Shown: piece after piece, positions 24,964-39,095 of the stretch
Numbering within the stretch: position 1 is the stretch's first letter
How the letters are laid out: each line of letters opens with the position of its first letter
Assembly (NCBI GenBank): GCA_029721355.1
Contig: CM056605.1
Location: forward strand, 4,406,108 to 4,470,107
Reading direction: 5' to 3'
Length of the DNA: 64,000 nucleotides
Source of the DNA: Tegillarca granosa
Lineage: Eukaryota
Translations under genes and position numbers: made by a program
Notes under the pieces: generated by a model
What the model was told of the DNA's origin: nothing
Seen by the model: the letters and a program-made list of their open reading frames with translations, nothing else
Databases searched by the model: none

Positions 24964-26237
24964 AAAATAAAAATAAATATAAAAGTTTTAACAAAAGCTA
25001 TACCAGCTGTAGAAATAAAGTATAATTTAAAACTTTAGGTATTCATTTGTTGATATATTATGTAATCCTTCTAGAGCAATTGATCGATTGACGACAATCT
25101 GCATTTGTCGTGTAAAAACACCAGAAACCTTTAAAATGGAATCCAAATGTGCAATATTTTAGATAGGTAAAATTGAGTTCAATATTTCTATATTTTAAAA
25201 AGAAGAAAATTTTCAAATGAAAAATATTTTCTTCGCAAAATTAAACGCATCCAAAATCACGAAACAATGTCATATGTTTGTCATATGCATATTTGGAAAA
25301 ATCCACATTTAAACAAAATCATTCAAAAATTTCAAAAATCCATGAAAAATCTACTGACCTAATGGGGAAAAATAACCAGACTTGTCAAAAAGTTTCTTTA
25401 ATTGTGTGCATATAACAATTTTAACTGTTTTCAACAAGATAACAAATTCACTATCAAAATCACCCCTTAAAAATCCGGACAACACTAAATACCAAATGAT
25501 TAACTTATGGCTCATAACTACATTTTTAATTAAAAATTTAAAACTTTTTAACTATATCTATTGCATCTTAGGGCATCAATTTTTCATATTTCTTTTAAAT
25601 TCAACACCATATAGTTAGCAAATGTGACTAAAATTAAATTCATTTGACCTTTATTAACCTTAAAATAACTTGATGCAATCTTTGGTGAGGCCCAAATGAA
25701 TCCTTGGAGTAATTAAAGTTAGACTTTTTTTTCCAAAAAAACTGTTCTATGTAACGGAAGAATTCAGAGAATGAAAAATTTTTCATTTAAAAATAAAAAT
25801 TGATTAAGTCAATGTTTTTTAATTTGATCCTAATGTTATTTTTATGAGGAAAGTTTAGAATAAAGAAAATATTTAGAAAAACCGTGTTACAAACAATTAT
25901 GGACCAATAGTATTTAAAAAGGACCAAATAAGACAAATAAAGATAAGCATATTTTGATACAACTTATTGTATATTTTCTACTTTCGACGGGTACTGCACT
26001 ATACTGTACTATACATTAAACTAAATCAAAAGAAGTTGATTTTAACATTAAAAAAGTGCGTATTTGTGATATATTTATAGACCACTAGTTGTCAAATAAT
26101 ACGGATGTTTTGGAACCTCTGTTACTACCATCAGGAAGTTCATAATTTATGGTACAAATATGCATGCATAATTGCTTGGTTGTTATCATATCCTTGTATT
26201 GTATCATGTTTTTTTAATTTTATTTATTTTTTGGGAG

Positions 26238-26480
26238 GGGGGTCCTCGGTGGCCGAGTGGTCTAAAGCGCGCTTACGGATCATAGTGCCTCTCACCGCCT
26301 AGGTTCGAATCCCACTCGGGACAGATCCTAGTGTGAGAACGTTTGTCAGTTCGCTTGCCGAAAGTCGGTTGTTTTCTCCGGGCACCCCGGTTTCTCCACC
26401 ATCCCAGAACAGACCGCCTCGAAATAAGTGAAAGATTCTTGACTGGGGCGTAAAACATCATTACTTAACTCCACTCCCCT
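26238..26480 (+). mobile_element. tRNA-derived SINE, family A, full-length copy.
   Basis: The head 'ggggtcctcggtggccgagtggtctaaagcgcgcttacgg...cctaggttcgaatccc' has tRNA-like D and T arms. The body is '..ttctccgggcaccccggtttctccacc..gactggggcgtaaaacatcattacttaactccactcc'. It is nearly identical, in inverse orientation, to 57306-57546. Confidence 0.8.
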
Positions 26481-26639
26481 ATCATGTTTTTGAATACGTT
26501 AGTAGTTGCTTAGGTTGCAAATCTATTTTTTCTAGTTCAAATGATTAAAAAAAAAGACGAAATCCATTATTTCAAAACTCAACCCTATTTGATATATTCT
26601 AGGATTACTTTCATTGGATCACTTAAATAATTCCCATAC

Positions 26640-26850
26640 CACAAACACGTACAAATATATAACAAATATCTGCTGAATTTTGATGTGCCAGATGTGCACA
26701 TTTCGGAAATCATTCCTCATCAGTGACACTAGGGGCCGAAAAGTTTGATAGATAAAAATGCATACGCCAAACAGTTGAAAATTAATGAATCTAAAGTTCC
26801 AAAATGATATAAATCCAAATCCAGCTAAGGAATGCTTTGCATGAGTAAAG
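26640..26850 (-). mobile_element. MITE-like family copy.
   Basis: Contains 'atctgctgaattttgatgtgccagatgtgcacatttcggaaatcattcctcatcagtgacactaggggccgaaaagtttgatagataaaaatgcatacgccaaacag...ccagctaaggaatgctttgcatgag'. Confidence 0.7.
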
Positions 26851-27734
26851 ATGAGCAAATTGGGTAAATCATTTCTTCTGGAATCGTCGATTCTATTTTT
26901 TAAAATAGCTTTTTAGAATAAACAAGAAATTGCATTATCACTGAGATATATATAGAATATTTGTTATATTTTTGATATTAAATGCGTAGGAAGGAATTAA
27001 ATATCTTCCTGTCTTCGTCGTGATGGGTTTCTCTATAACCTTCATCGTTAAAAAACACGCCTACGTTGCAGATCATGTAGGCGGTGGCAGTGTTAACTAC
27101 TTTAACGAACTTGTAAGGATACCATTCTTATCATCGTTTACACTCTGATTAAATACTATTTCAGAAATAACATAATCTTATAAACTTTTTAAATACAGTC
27201 GATTAATATTTTTCATTACCACGAGAAATATTCTTAATCAAATTTATTAAATTTGCTTTTTTATTATTTTAAATTTTAGCACTTAACAAATTCGAGCTTG
27301 GTTAATGTTATTATTCTTTGTGTCTATAAATAGACAGCTAAAAGAATTAACTACTTTAAGATATTTATTTTTTGAGCTACATTAGGTTTCAGAGTTCGAT
27401 GATTAAAAAAATTATTTTCAGCACAAGGCACGATTTCATTATCGTATTAAAAGGATATTTGTAATGATTTTATATAGAAATAATTCAAACTATTGCCTGT
27501 TTCTAGAATCTTCAGTTTAATCTTATCTTAAAAATCAGCTGACACAACATCCATATAGATACATATTTACATGTTGTATACCTTAATCATATTATAAGGC
27601 ATAGACTATAACAAGTAACGTTTTAGTAAAAATAACACATTATATTTTCAGTTTTATGTCTCAGAACGTTTTAATACAAGTAAAACTTGATAATTGCATT
27701 GTTCATTTTCAGTTTTGCTTTATTATTCAACCTT

Positions 27735-28036
27735 TCTCTATAAAATAGTATACAAGACAGACGAGAAAGTATAATCTTTAACAATTTTTACTAAAACAAG
27801 TTTTTCAAACTCAGAGCGAATAATATTGATTTATAGATTTAATATCAAATTTTAACACAAAAATGATAGAGACATGTTGTTACAAATTTCCTCGCTAGAC
27901 AATAAGTTAACATTGCATTAAACAAACAAGCTTTTGTTACAAGTTTGTCTATAAAAACAGCATGAGATTACGTCTTACCTGACAAATTACAAACCTAAAA
28001 TGTGTTATGGTTTAATAAATGAAATATATTCTCAAC
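27735..28036. repeat. Left arm of an inverted repeat of about 300 bp.
   Basis: It is the reverse complement of 29821-30215 at about 85-90% identity, for example 'ggtaagacgtaatctcatgctgtttttata..aacaaaagcttg..tctagcg.ggaaatttgtaacaacatgtctctatcatttttgtgttaaaatttgatatt'. Confidence 0.8.
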
Positions 28037-28899
28037 TATACATACATACATATATATATATATTCTTTCACTTCTGATCAGGTTAAAACGCTAGATGACC
28101 TCTAGTTATATCCTGTATAGTTAATTATTTGTTATTAACAAGAGACAAATATGGTTTTGTTTATACTAGGTTAATGATCTATCAAAGGCATGGTTAGTTG
28201 TTTTCTCAAACAAACCTTTCCGACATAAAATCATAATTACGTGTGTAGACAGCATGTTCTGTTTGTATGTAAAACATCCTTAATTAATTAAGAAATATAA
28301 GAATGCCACTTTAAAAAAGCGAAAAAAAGTGTAAAATAAATAAAAATATTATAAGAATCCATTGGATATAAGCATCCTCGTGGTTATTTAGATGTAATTT
28401 TCTTCATGTAAATCAAAGCTTTCTTAATACATGTTTTTATGATTTGTCACAACATCACATTAAAAGGCGTGTTGGTTTCCTTAAAAATTAATACGTATGT
28501 AGGTTTTAAGCCGAATTGTTTTTCATATAAGTAATCAGCAACATAAGTGTTACCATAAAAAGCGCATATCATAAATAATTACAGATTATGTATTTGTAAA
28601 CAGCACCATTAATTACGTTTAAGTACTAGTCATTGTTATTTACGAGGGCTGATTGATACCTCGTGTGTTTTGTATTAAACAAGATTAGCATCGATGCTCT
28701 TTTTCTGTCGTGATTACTTAGAGCCATGTACCCGGAGACTGATGTCATTTTGTCTGTTATGTAGATGAAGTAGCACTCTAAACTAAACAAGGCAAGTTAC
28801 CTTTGCAAAATAGACAAATTCAGTTAAAGAGCAGTAATCACATATTTGCATGAAATAGTTTAACACCTAAGGGTATCAATACATGTACTTATATCGTAG

Positions 28900-29610
28900 C
28901 AACATTAAAGAAAAGTGTCCTCTCTTGTGAGAAAGATGTCCTTTCTTATGCTACAGTAAAACGGTGGGTGGCAGATTTTAAATGTGGCAGGCAGAGCCTT
29001 AAAGATTGCCCCTGTTTTGAAATACATGTGGCTTTTGCAACCCAAGAAATGGCCAATTAAGTCCATGATATTGTTGTTAATAGGCGAGTTAAGTAAAGAT
29101 ATATACTCAAAGTAGAAGGCAATTTACATCTTTACAATGGAGATTACATTCCAATCCGACAGTTTATCTTTCAACAAGACAGCTTTAGCCCTTTGGGTAC
29201 TAAGACTTCTGCCAGATGATGAGAAACTCACCAGGCGTAGTTTATCGAGAGCTAATCTAAACATTTTAGAGACAGATCCTGCTAATGCTTTAGAGGCAAG
29301 TTACTATAGATGAAACGCGGGTTCTTCATTTTACCTCAGAGGCCAAGCAAAACTCTAATCAATGGATCTATGAAATGGAAGTACCATGGTTACTCCCGCC
29401 ATTGACGAAAAAGATAATTCTATCAGCTGAAAAGGTTACGGTCTCGGTTGTATTGGAACGGTGATGGTATTCTGATAGCAAATAATCTTAAAAAAATCAA
29501 TTGAAATAAGGGACACATACTATGTCCCCCTTTTAAAGGCAGATAAGAGAAAATATTGTACTCTTACACCGCGGAAAAATCAGTAAAAGGTCTCCTATGA
29601 GACATATCAA
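28900..29610 (+). pseudogene. Mariner-like (Tc1/mariner) transposase remnant covering the N-terminal DNA-binding region and linker. It is truncated before the catalytic core and contains stops and frameshifts.
   Basis: Translation gives 'NGGWQILNVAGRALKIAPVLKY...VLRLLPDDEKLTRRSLSRANLNILETDPANALE.VTIDETRVLHFTSEAKQNSNQWIYEMEVPWLLPPLTKKIILSAEKVTVSVVLE'. This parallels the mariner/Hsmar1-type sequence 'KRWVAEFKRGRESLEDDPRSGRP...VPRLLTPDQKRTRRNISRENLELFEADPGNFLQRFVTMDETWVHHFTPETKQQSKQWKHHGSPPPKKAKTVPSAGKVMASVFWDSEG'. Confidence 0.75.
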
Positions 29611-29820
29611 TCGGCCTTCGTAGCATCCAATATTAAGTTAAACAATTGGAATGGTTGGTTACCATCGGTTTGTGCTATTACCACACAACTGGATTTTACT
29701 CTAGTGCCCGTTTAACATTAGTTTTGCCAATATATGTGCTTTTTATTGTTTGATTGTTTCTAACATTGGATCCTGTTCCTGACTATATTGGCTGTTACTA
29801 AGTACAAGTTTTTTAGTTGA

Positions 29821-29908
29821 GAATATATTTCATCTATTAAACCATAACACATATTAGGTTTTTGATGAAAGACGATACGTATCAGTTGACTTGGACATAA
29901 ATTGACAA

Positions 29909-29949
<41 letters not shown>

Positions 29950-30215
29950 TGTGATGATAAATTGTAAGGTAAGACGTAATCTCATGCTGTTTTTATAAAA
30001 CAAACGTGTAACAAAAGCTTGTCTGATTATTGCAATTTTGACTTAATGTCTAGCGTGGAAATTTGTAACAACATGTCTCTATCATTTTTGTGTTAAAATT
30101 TGATATTGATTCTATAAATACTATCGCAATATTATTCGCTCTGAGTTCGAAAAACTTGTTTTAGTAAAAAGTGTTAAAGATTATACTTTCTCGTCTGTCT
30201 TGTATGCTAGTTATT
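29821..30215. repeat. Right arm of the inverted repeat. It carries an extra (GT)n and about 60 bp relative to the left arm.
   Basis: It is the reverse complement of 27735-28036. The (GT)22 tract at 29905-29948 lies inside the arm. Confidence 0.8.
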
Positions 30216-31522
30216 CGTTTTCTGCTAAAATTGAACTTTTTGTCCTACCTTGAAAACAGATAAAAACATTAGTTAATAAAAATAAACTTGTAATTAACTA
30301 CAATCAAAACAAATCAAATCAAATCAACATCGTCACACAATAAGAAACGTCAGACAATGCAAACATAAATTTGACTAACAAATATATTGTCATATTATAG
30401 ATTTCTGATTGAAACATGACACAAATTGTAATAAAACAACATAATATGACAACATATAAACTGATATAATGGTTTAGATTTCCCTATTTGCACCAACAGT
30501 AGTGATAGATTGTTTATGGCAAGTTCTTTCTAGAATTCTAATCCTCTCGTTGATCTAAACCATTAGCCCTCGCATATTTTACTTTTTATAAACCAAAATC
30601 TTAAAATATTTTACCAGATATTATTCCAAAGAACCAAACAACCACACCCTTATTAGGGACATTTTATAATTATAACAAAAACACGCCTTGTTTAAAATTA
30701 TATTTCACCCGCACGCAATGGTTATTAGTTTGTTATATAAATAAAAAAAAGCGTTTCTTGTCTGGTTGACTCTCTAATTCGGTATACTTTGGTGTTATTT
30801 AAAAATGAAATCTAAATACAAAAATAACTAGAAATTTTGTATTTAAAACAAGCTAAAAAAAGATGTTTTGACAACAACTGATTATTTTTGTTGTTGTTGT
30901 TTTCTTCATTTGAATTAAAGCGCATTAACCTTACATGGTTTTTCAACATGAGGAAAAACAAAAGTTGTCAATGTTTGTATCAGAATCAATTTGCACAAAA
31001 CATTATAATGTTTGCGAATTTTTTAATTAATACTTTATTATCTTCAATTTGAATGAGTTTATATTTGAGTGTATATAACCCAAATCCTTGTCACGTCACT
31101 TAATAATAATTTTCCTGATATTTAAGCCTCGTTTAAATATTATATCTTTCAAAAATGTTTTTAAAATATGTAACACTGTTGGAAATTGTTATTTAGAATA
31201 ACAAAAGTTTTATAACTTTAAAGCCAATAGCGTTAGCAAAAATATAAAGAAATCAATAAAGATTTAAATCAGTGTACTCCAATTTCCTTTTTTGTTTGCT
31301 TGCCAATTTCTTTGTTATGCTTTTGCATAGACACATAACATGAAAGTTGAAATAAAATAGACAATAAAGCACCGAAAAAACACAGCAAATAGAAATCGAT
31401 AGACAAACATATACGTATTTTATGATTAAAGTTATCCAGACTTTTTATTACGAAAAATTACAAAGAAGGTATAAAAAAGTGTGTTTTTCGATGCAGATGT
31501 TTCTTTCCACTTTGAACCTAAC

Positions 31523-31629
<107 letters not shown>

Positions 31630-33524
31630 TAAAATCCTAACAAGAAGTTTGTGTATACATAAATCCATAATTATCTTTTTCAGCATATCAAACCCATACA
31701 TAGAAATTAGAAGTCTAGATTCCATTTTTTTTGCCACATTAAACTATCGTAGAAACACTTTTATTATTTTGAAATAAAAAAGTTATTTAACAAATTATTA
31801 TCAGATAATATTTGTGACACCTGTTGGTGGGTGTATGGACACAAAGTTTACAAGCAATTACTTGACATTATAAGGTTAAATGTTAATAGCTTTTCATGTA
31901 CAAATGTATTGAGGAGTAAAATGTCACCTGATATACAAATGTAACTTTAGCAACTCTCTGCCAATATAACCAAGACACTAAGACAAAATTCAAAAGTCTA
32001 ATAACCGAACTGGCTTATTAGTTACATTGAAACGTTTCATAATGCAAGCCTGATTCTATGTCACTGTCATCAGAATCGAGTTGAATAATGAAAGGATATA
32101 ACTGATCTGTCATATTGTCAGATTCATTATACACGTACTTAACACGTAGAAACTTTAACGGGTATTTGTAAATATTTACCTTCAACTTTAATGGTAGGTT
32201 TTACATCTTCTTTCTAATTTCCATCACCAGTTCCTAAAATGCATCTTGTATAAAAGCATTCACACCAGTTTATTTAAATATTCTACTATACTTGATTTTA
32301 TTTGTGTCCATAACGGTTCAATTAGATTTAAAATAGTGCTTTACAGGTGTTTGTAAAACAAAGTGACCATAACTGTTTGCATTTTTATTGTTTTATAAGT
32401 TCTTGGGGGTTTATTTAGTTCCATTACTTCATATAATTGAACCTTTTTAAGGGAAATGTTTATATCATGCTTTTTAAGTTATTTTTTGCATAAAATGGTT
32501 ACGGGAATTCATGTTCCGGTTAACATATATTTCTGTTTTAATATTGTGATTAGATGCATTGTCAATTATTATCAGACTGGGTTCTTCAAGAGCTAAACAC
32601 ATCTGCATTTAAAACCAACCTAAAACAAAGTCAAATTTATTTAACTGTGATAATCACCATCTTTATGTTTACCAATAAATACCAAGTCACATTTGTGAAT
32701 AAATCCCTTTGCAGGACCTGGATTGGATTGTGAGTCGTTGACATTTACCGGAAGGCATGTTTGGAAGAACGACATTTCTGTCTTCATCAGCATTGTGACC
32801 AAGTTGTCAACATTTGAGTAACCAACCATAAATTTTATGATGATTTTAATAGACACGAGTTTCATCCAAATACACTATATTAAACATATTTCTCTATTTT
32901 TTTCATTTTAACAAAAACAATTTCATCCTTAAACCCAATATTAGGTCTTTCCGTCAAAACTTTTCTGTTACCTGTTGGTTTTCGTAATACTTACACAAGA
33001 TCAAGTAAAAAAAATTCTGATAGTTGAATTGCTTACATCAATATAGTAAGAAATTTCATACTGTATATTTAAAATTGATGGATTTTCTTTTGCGATTAAA
33101 TTTGTAAACAGTTTCTCATTAATTCTCTATTCAAGTAATCACTAAAGTAAATCAGTAAGTTTTCACTAAAATTGTTCCCTTAAAACTTATAACATTTCCA
33201 ACTTTGGATTGAAAGACTTGTAAAATTTCTGCAGTTTTTGCGACATTTTAGTTCTGACTATTGCCTATTTTTCTGTTACTTAAGCCTCCTTACAAAATAC
33301 TGGTATAAATGATAAATAACTGTTGCTTTGGTACTGTTGATTTTTACAAATACATATACATGTAATAATTTATGTTCACGCGATGAATTCTGTTCTTGCT
33401 TTTTTTTTTTACTCATTTCACAGAAATAACAAATGGACTTTAAAACCTCAGATATTCAAGTTTAAATGTATATATAAATAAATGATAAGTACAATCGTTT
33501 TACCTACGTGGCTGAGATTTTATA

Positions 33525-34100
33525 AGTTTTATTTGTCATGCAAAGCATTCCTTGGCTGGATTTGGATTCATACAATTTTGAAACTTTGAATTTATTAATT
33601 TTTAACCGTTTGGCTCATTTTTTTGATCTATCAAACATTTTGGCCCCTAGTGTCACTGATTAAGAATAATTTTCCGAAATGTGCACATATGGCACATCAA
33701 AATTAAACAGGCATTTTTGTTATATATTTGCTTCCTCTGAACGGATACCGCTGCCGGTGGAATAAAACTTCCCAAGGGTATCTATACTTAAATAGGCAGT
33801 ACTTTATGCTGTCAGAAAATGTACAATTTAGCAAAATGTTCAGACATCCTAATTTGTGAAATTTATTTAAAACTAAGGTTTGTTTCCACATGCAAAGTAT
33901 CCCTTAGCTAGATTGGATTACAATAATTTTGGAATTTTGGTTTCATTAATTTTCAACCGTTTGGCTTATGTTTTTTTATATATATCAAACTTCTCGGCTC
34001 CTACTGTCACTGATGAGAAATGATTTTTCGAAATGTGCACATTTGGACATTTGATGTGGACATGAAAATTTAATAGGTGTTTTGTTATATATTTATATGT
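33525..34100 (+). mobile_element. Two tandem copies of the MITE-like family (head-to-tail dimer).
   Basis: Copy 1 ends '..ggcacatcaaaattaaacaggcatttttgttatatattt' at 33740. Copy 2 begins 'ggataccgctgccggtgg..cccaagggtatctatacttaaataggcagtactttatgctgtcagaaaat' and ends '..aatttaataggtgttttgttatatatttatatgtag' at about 34100. Confidence 0.7.
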
Positions 34101-34999
34101 AGAAGTCAAACTCGTGAATAATATAGAGTTGGATATTATTTGCACTTCACATTCCACATTGAAGATATTTCTACTTCATGATTTATGTTAACCTCAGCAT
34201 TTATCTTGTATGTACTGAATAAACAAGGTTAGAATAAAGCTGAAAAGCCAAACTACATAAACTACAACACCACTGTACTTGAACCTTAATCTAACCTTAC
34301 ATTTTTGTGCACACTTTATGGTCATTAGCATATGAAAAATTAAACTTTCTGTCCACATATCCGCCAACAGCTGTCAAAAATATAATCTGATAATAAGTAA
34401 TGATTTGATAAACAACTTTTTTATTTTAAAATAAAACATAATGTTGTAAGGGTGATCTGTGACAAAATATTTAGAATCTAGACATGCAATTTCTATGTAT
34501 GTGTTTGTTATTCTGAAAAAGGATAGATTTTTTAGTCTGCACGAACTTGTTGTTGGGACTTGAGTTCCAAGATCTGTGTATCAATAAGTGATAACTTCAT
34601 AATAGATATTCTGCTTATGTTAAGCACTTTAATAATGTACATCATCGTAAAGCATAACGTTATCTGACCATACATTTTCCTTTAATACTTCATAAATATT
34701 TTGTCCAGTTAACATGCAAGTCTGGATGTTGGTTAATTTGTGAATTGAGACTAGCATTTAAAATTAATTATGTATGTTTTAAAGACAAATGATTATAAAC
34801 GCCAAAATAATAGATACTATCTTTGTCAAAGTCAATCATATTGGAAAGTTGATGTAAAATTTTGTTTATGTATAAATTGATATTTACGGAGTTCTTAACA
34901 ATGGGACTTGAAGTCATAGAATAATTAATCAAATATTTCTTTTGTTGTTGTTTTATTTTGAGTTCATTGTATTTTATATAAGTTATTATGTTTAATTAT

Positions 35000-35900
35000 A
35001 TGTTCCCACTGTCTTATTTATGTTGTGTTGTTCCATGTTACTTTCATATGTTATGCAATTTTGTGTTCATAGCATTTTATTTATTTCTGTGTTTCGATTA
35101 TGTTGTATATGTTTTTTTTGTTTTTGTTTTCATTGCATTTTATTTATTTCTTTGTTTCCAGTATGCTATATGTGTTCTGCAGTTTTTTTGTTCATTTTAT
35201 TGTTTTATTTTTTTATCCCATTATGTTGTACATGTTCTGTAGTTTTTGTTTTTATTGTATATTTTTATGTTCTTAGTATGTTGTATGTGTTCTGTAGCTT
35301 TGTGTTCATTCTATATTATTAATTTTTTTTGTGTTCCCAGTATGTTGTATGTGTTCTGCATATTTTGTGTTCATTGTATTTTTTTATTATACATTTCTGT
35401 GTTCCGAGTATGTTGTATGTGTTCTGCGCATTTTGTGTTAATTGTATTTCATTCATATCTCTGTTCCCAGTATATTGTACATGTTTTGTCGTTTTTGTGT
35501 TCATCATTTTTTTTTTCATTTTTATGTTTCCAGTATGTTGTATGTGTTCAGCAGTTTTTGTGTTCATTGTTTATTTTATTAATTTCTGTGTTTCCAGTAT
35601 GTTGTATATGTTCTGCAGGTTTTGTTTTCTTTGTTTTTTATTCATTTATTTCTTTTTTCAAGTATGCTGTATATATTCTGTAGTTTCATTCAGAGTTCCC
35701 TGTATATTTGAACAGATAGTTTATTTTGTGCTCAGTTTATTTTATGTCAGTTCTATCATTTAAATTTGCGTCCCCTATATCTTTTACATGTTCTGTTGTT
35801 TTATTTGTCTTTCTTGTATCTTTCATATGTTTAGAAGTTTTATTCTGTGTTCCATGTATATATTCTGGTAATTTATTCTCCGTTCTTTTAGTTTTTTATA
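35000..35900. repeat. Degenerate minisatellite with a unit of about 56-70 bp and about 14 copies. It is T-rich on the + strand.
   Basis: The core 'ccagtatgttgtatgtgttctgcag.ttttgtgttcattgtattt..tttctgtgtt' recurs at about 35159, 35215, 35271, 35337, 35407, 35467, 35531, 35593 and 35660. It yields overlapping artefactual ORFs (35020-35763). Confidence 0.75.
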
Positions 35901-36530
35901 TAAGGTGTAAATCTATTAATTGTTCCTAGTATCTTTTATATTTTTTGTTAATTTTTTATCTGTGTTTCCATTTTATTTAATGTGTCATAATTTTGTTTTG
36001 TTTTGTGTCATTGCATCTTTCATACACTCTGATAATAATAAAGGTTTTTATAATTATTATTATTCTATGTGGTTTTTTTATCCGTAATATGTCTAGTTGT
36101 ATTGGAAAACTTATAGCACCAAATCAAATAAAGAAAGTACTACAAAAAGGAAGATGTACACTGAAAACAGATTGTGAAGTGTTTTGTTTACAACAGACCG
36201 TGTCTACAAAAGAGTTCTTAGAATTAAAAAATGTTGTAATACTCTTACTAACCATATTAATTCTGAAGTCGTAAAACGCCACCTCTTGACCGACAACAAC
36301 ATATTGACAACTTCAGCATTATTAAACCACTATAAACCATTTACTGTAGTAGTATTGAATTAAGTGGCAAATTAGAGTGTATTAATTTATGAATGAATGC
36401 CGTGGTGGTCACAGTAACCCTGTTGAAATGTATTTTGCAAAGGTTAAGAGTAAATAAGAATAGGTTTTTTTTAATATGCAAATAGTGAAAAATGTCACAT
36501 GTCATTGGCCAAGATGTCAAAATAAAACAG

Positions 36531-36770
36531 TGACTTACCAAGGGGTCAGTACAGAACTGTGACTTACTAAGCGGTCAATACAGAATAGCGGCGGGACTAA
36601 CCAAAACGTCAGTACAGAACGATTTAACATTCCAAGAGGTCAGTACAGAACGATGTGACTTACCAAGAGGTCAGTTCAGAACGATGTGGTCCACCAGCGG
36701 ATAAGTACAGAACAATGTGACTTACCAAGAGATTAGTACAGAACAGTGTGACTTAACAAAAGGTCCGCCT
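36531..36770. repeat. 31-bp tandem repeat, about 7.5 copies.
   Basis: Unit 'gtgacttaccaagaggtcagtacagaacgat'. Confidence 0.8.
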
Positions 36771-37267
36771 TACCGCCCAAATTGCTGTCCGACACTTTTC
36801 TCATAAATGAAAAGTCATATCAACTTGAAACTTTATGCACACAATTAGCATCATATAAAGGTGTGTTATCCGTACTTATTTTTCGAAATTCGCAGCAAGA
36901 GCTATATGTATCAGAGTGTAATGCTCCTCAAAAACACTTTCCTCAAGAATGGAAAGTCATATCAACTTGAAACTTTCTGCAAATAACTAGCACCATCTAA
37001 AGATGTGTTAGCAATATTTTTTCGCAATTAATGCCCCATCCAAACAAATTTTTATTTTAAAAAATGCTCCGACGGTAGGAGACTGTTCGTTAGTGTGCCT
37101 GCGTACTTACAGTGTCATATTATCATTATTATTATTATTATTATTACTATTATAAGCAATCATAAATTCTACATTCGGATGTTTTAGAAAAAATAAAAGA
37201 TTATATATACTAGATGACTGTTAACGATGTCTCGATCGCTTTGCTAAATTGAGATAGAAGAAACGAT

Positions 37268-37552
37268 TATTATGTCTGCGTATCAGCAGACATCTTGTTG
37301 TTACTCAAGACAGATTTTTTCAGAGACATCTCCTCATACGTTTCTTATAATTATCCGATCAGGTTGAAATTTTGTCAACTGGTAGGGATTGACCATGGGG
37401 AAGTCGCTTTCTCATCCTTTTTCGGAATTCGGAAGGACTTAGGAGAAATCCGGTTAAAACCACGGAATTCCAGAGAGTTCTTTCTATCTTTCTTAGAATT
37501 TCCTCCGCTATTTGGAGCACCACATTAGAGTGCTGATACGCAGACATATAAT
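37268..37552. mobile_element. MITE of about 285 bp with TIRs of about 21 bp.
   Basis: Left TIR 'ttattatgtctgcgtatcagca'. Right TIR reverse complement 'ttatatgtctgcgtatcagca'. The AT-rich interior has no convincing ORF. Confidence 0.65.
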
Positions 37553-37642
37553 TGCTCGCAATTATAAATTCTAGTTTTCCTTTTGTAATGACCTTCTTGC
37601 GACGCTCGCCTATTTAAAAATTACATTTTTCATATATATATT

Positions 37643-37812
<170 letters not shown>

Positions 37813-38204
37813 TCGTTATTTCCTTAGTTCTTAGTGATGGCAGGGTTAGGCTCCATTAAGAATGATTTAATTGGCATACTCAGGTACCACTTGCTTTAAG
37901 GTAAATTAGATCCCTTGAACCACACTACATTATTTTTCATCGCATCTTGAGCAATCTTATTGTGGCAGCAACGTGACTTGCCAAAATCTGTTATATTGTT
38001 TCTAGTCTGACGCTTTGCATTAAGAGTACAGATTTTCGACCGATTCATGCTTGTCTTTGAAATACTTACTCGGTGAGCTTGCAAACTTATCTAAAAATCT
38101 CACGATCCTCAAATATGTTAATTAATTCATAGAGATTAAAAACCTTTGTATCGTCGCTAATTACTGAAAAACTAATACTGATACTACGTAAAGCATCAAT
38201 AAAA

Positions 38205-39095
38205 CAACAACATCCTAGTACAGGTAATTATTATAACATCCAAGTACAGGTAATTATCATAACATCCAAGTACAGGTAATTATCATAACATCCAAGTACA
38301 GGTAATTATCATAACATCCAAGTACAGGTAATTATCATAACATCCAAGTACAGGTAATTATCATAACATCCAAGTTCATGTAATTATTATAACTTCCAAG
38401 TACAGGTAATTATTATAACATCCAAGTACAGGTAATTATCATAACATTCAAGTACAGGTAATTATCATAACATCCAAGTAGAGGTAATTATCATAACATC
38501 CAAGTACAGGTAATTATCATAACATCCAAGTACATGTAATTATTATAACTTCCAAGTACAGGTAATTATTATAACATCCAAGTACATGTAATTATTATAA
38601 CATCCAAGTACAGGTAATTATCATAACATCCAAGTACAGGTATATATTATAACATCCAAGTACAGGTAATTATCATAACATCCAAGTACAGGTAATAATT
38701 ATAACATCCAAGTACAGGTGATTATCATAACATCCAAGTACAGGTAATTATTATAACATCCAAGTACAGGTAATTATCATAACATCCAAGTACAGGTAAT
38801 TATTATTACATCCAAGTACAGGTAATTATTATAACATCCAAGTACAGGTAATTATCATAACATCTAAGTACAGGTAATTATCATTACATCCAAGTACAGG
38901 TAATTATCATAACATCCATTTACAGGTAATTATCATAACATCCAAGTACAGGTAATTATCATAACATCCAAGTGCAGGAAATTATCATTACATCCAAGTA
39001 CAGGTAATTATCATAACATCTAAGTACAGGTAATTATCATAACATCCAAGTACAGGTAATTATCATAACATCCAAGTACAGGTAATTATTATAAA
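38205..39095. repeat. 26-bp satellite, about 34 copies.
   Basis: Unit 'acatccaagtacaggtaattatcata' with point variants (tta/tca, aca/tca). Confidence 0.9.

Noticed and set aside
35020-35763. Overlapping 100-145 aa ORFs rich in Cys, Phe and Val.
   Set aside because: They arise from the T-rich minisatellite of about 60 bp. The frames overlap each other, which is typical of low-complexity artefacts.
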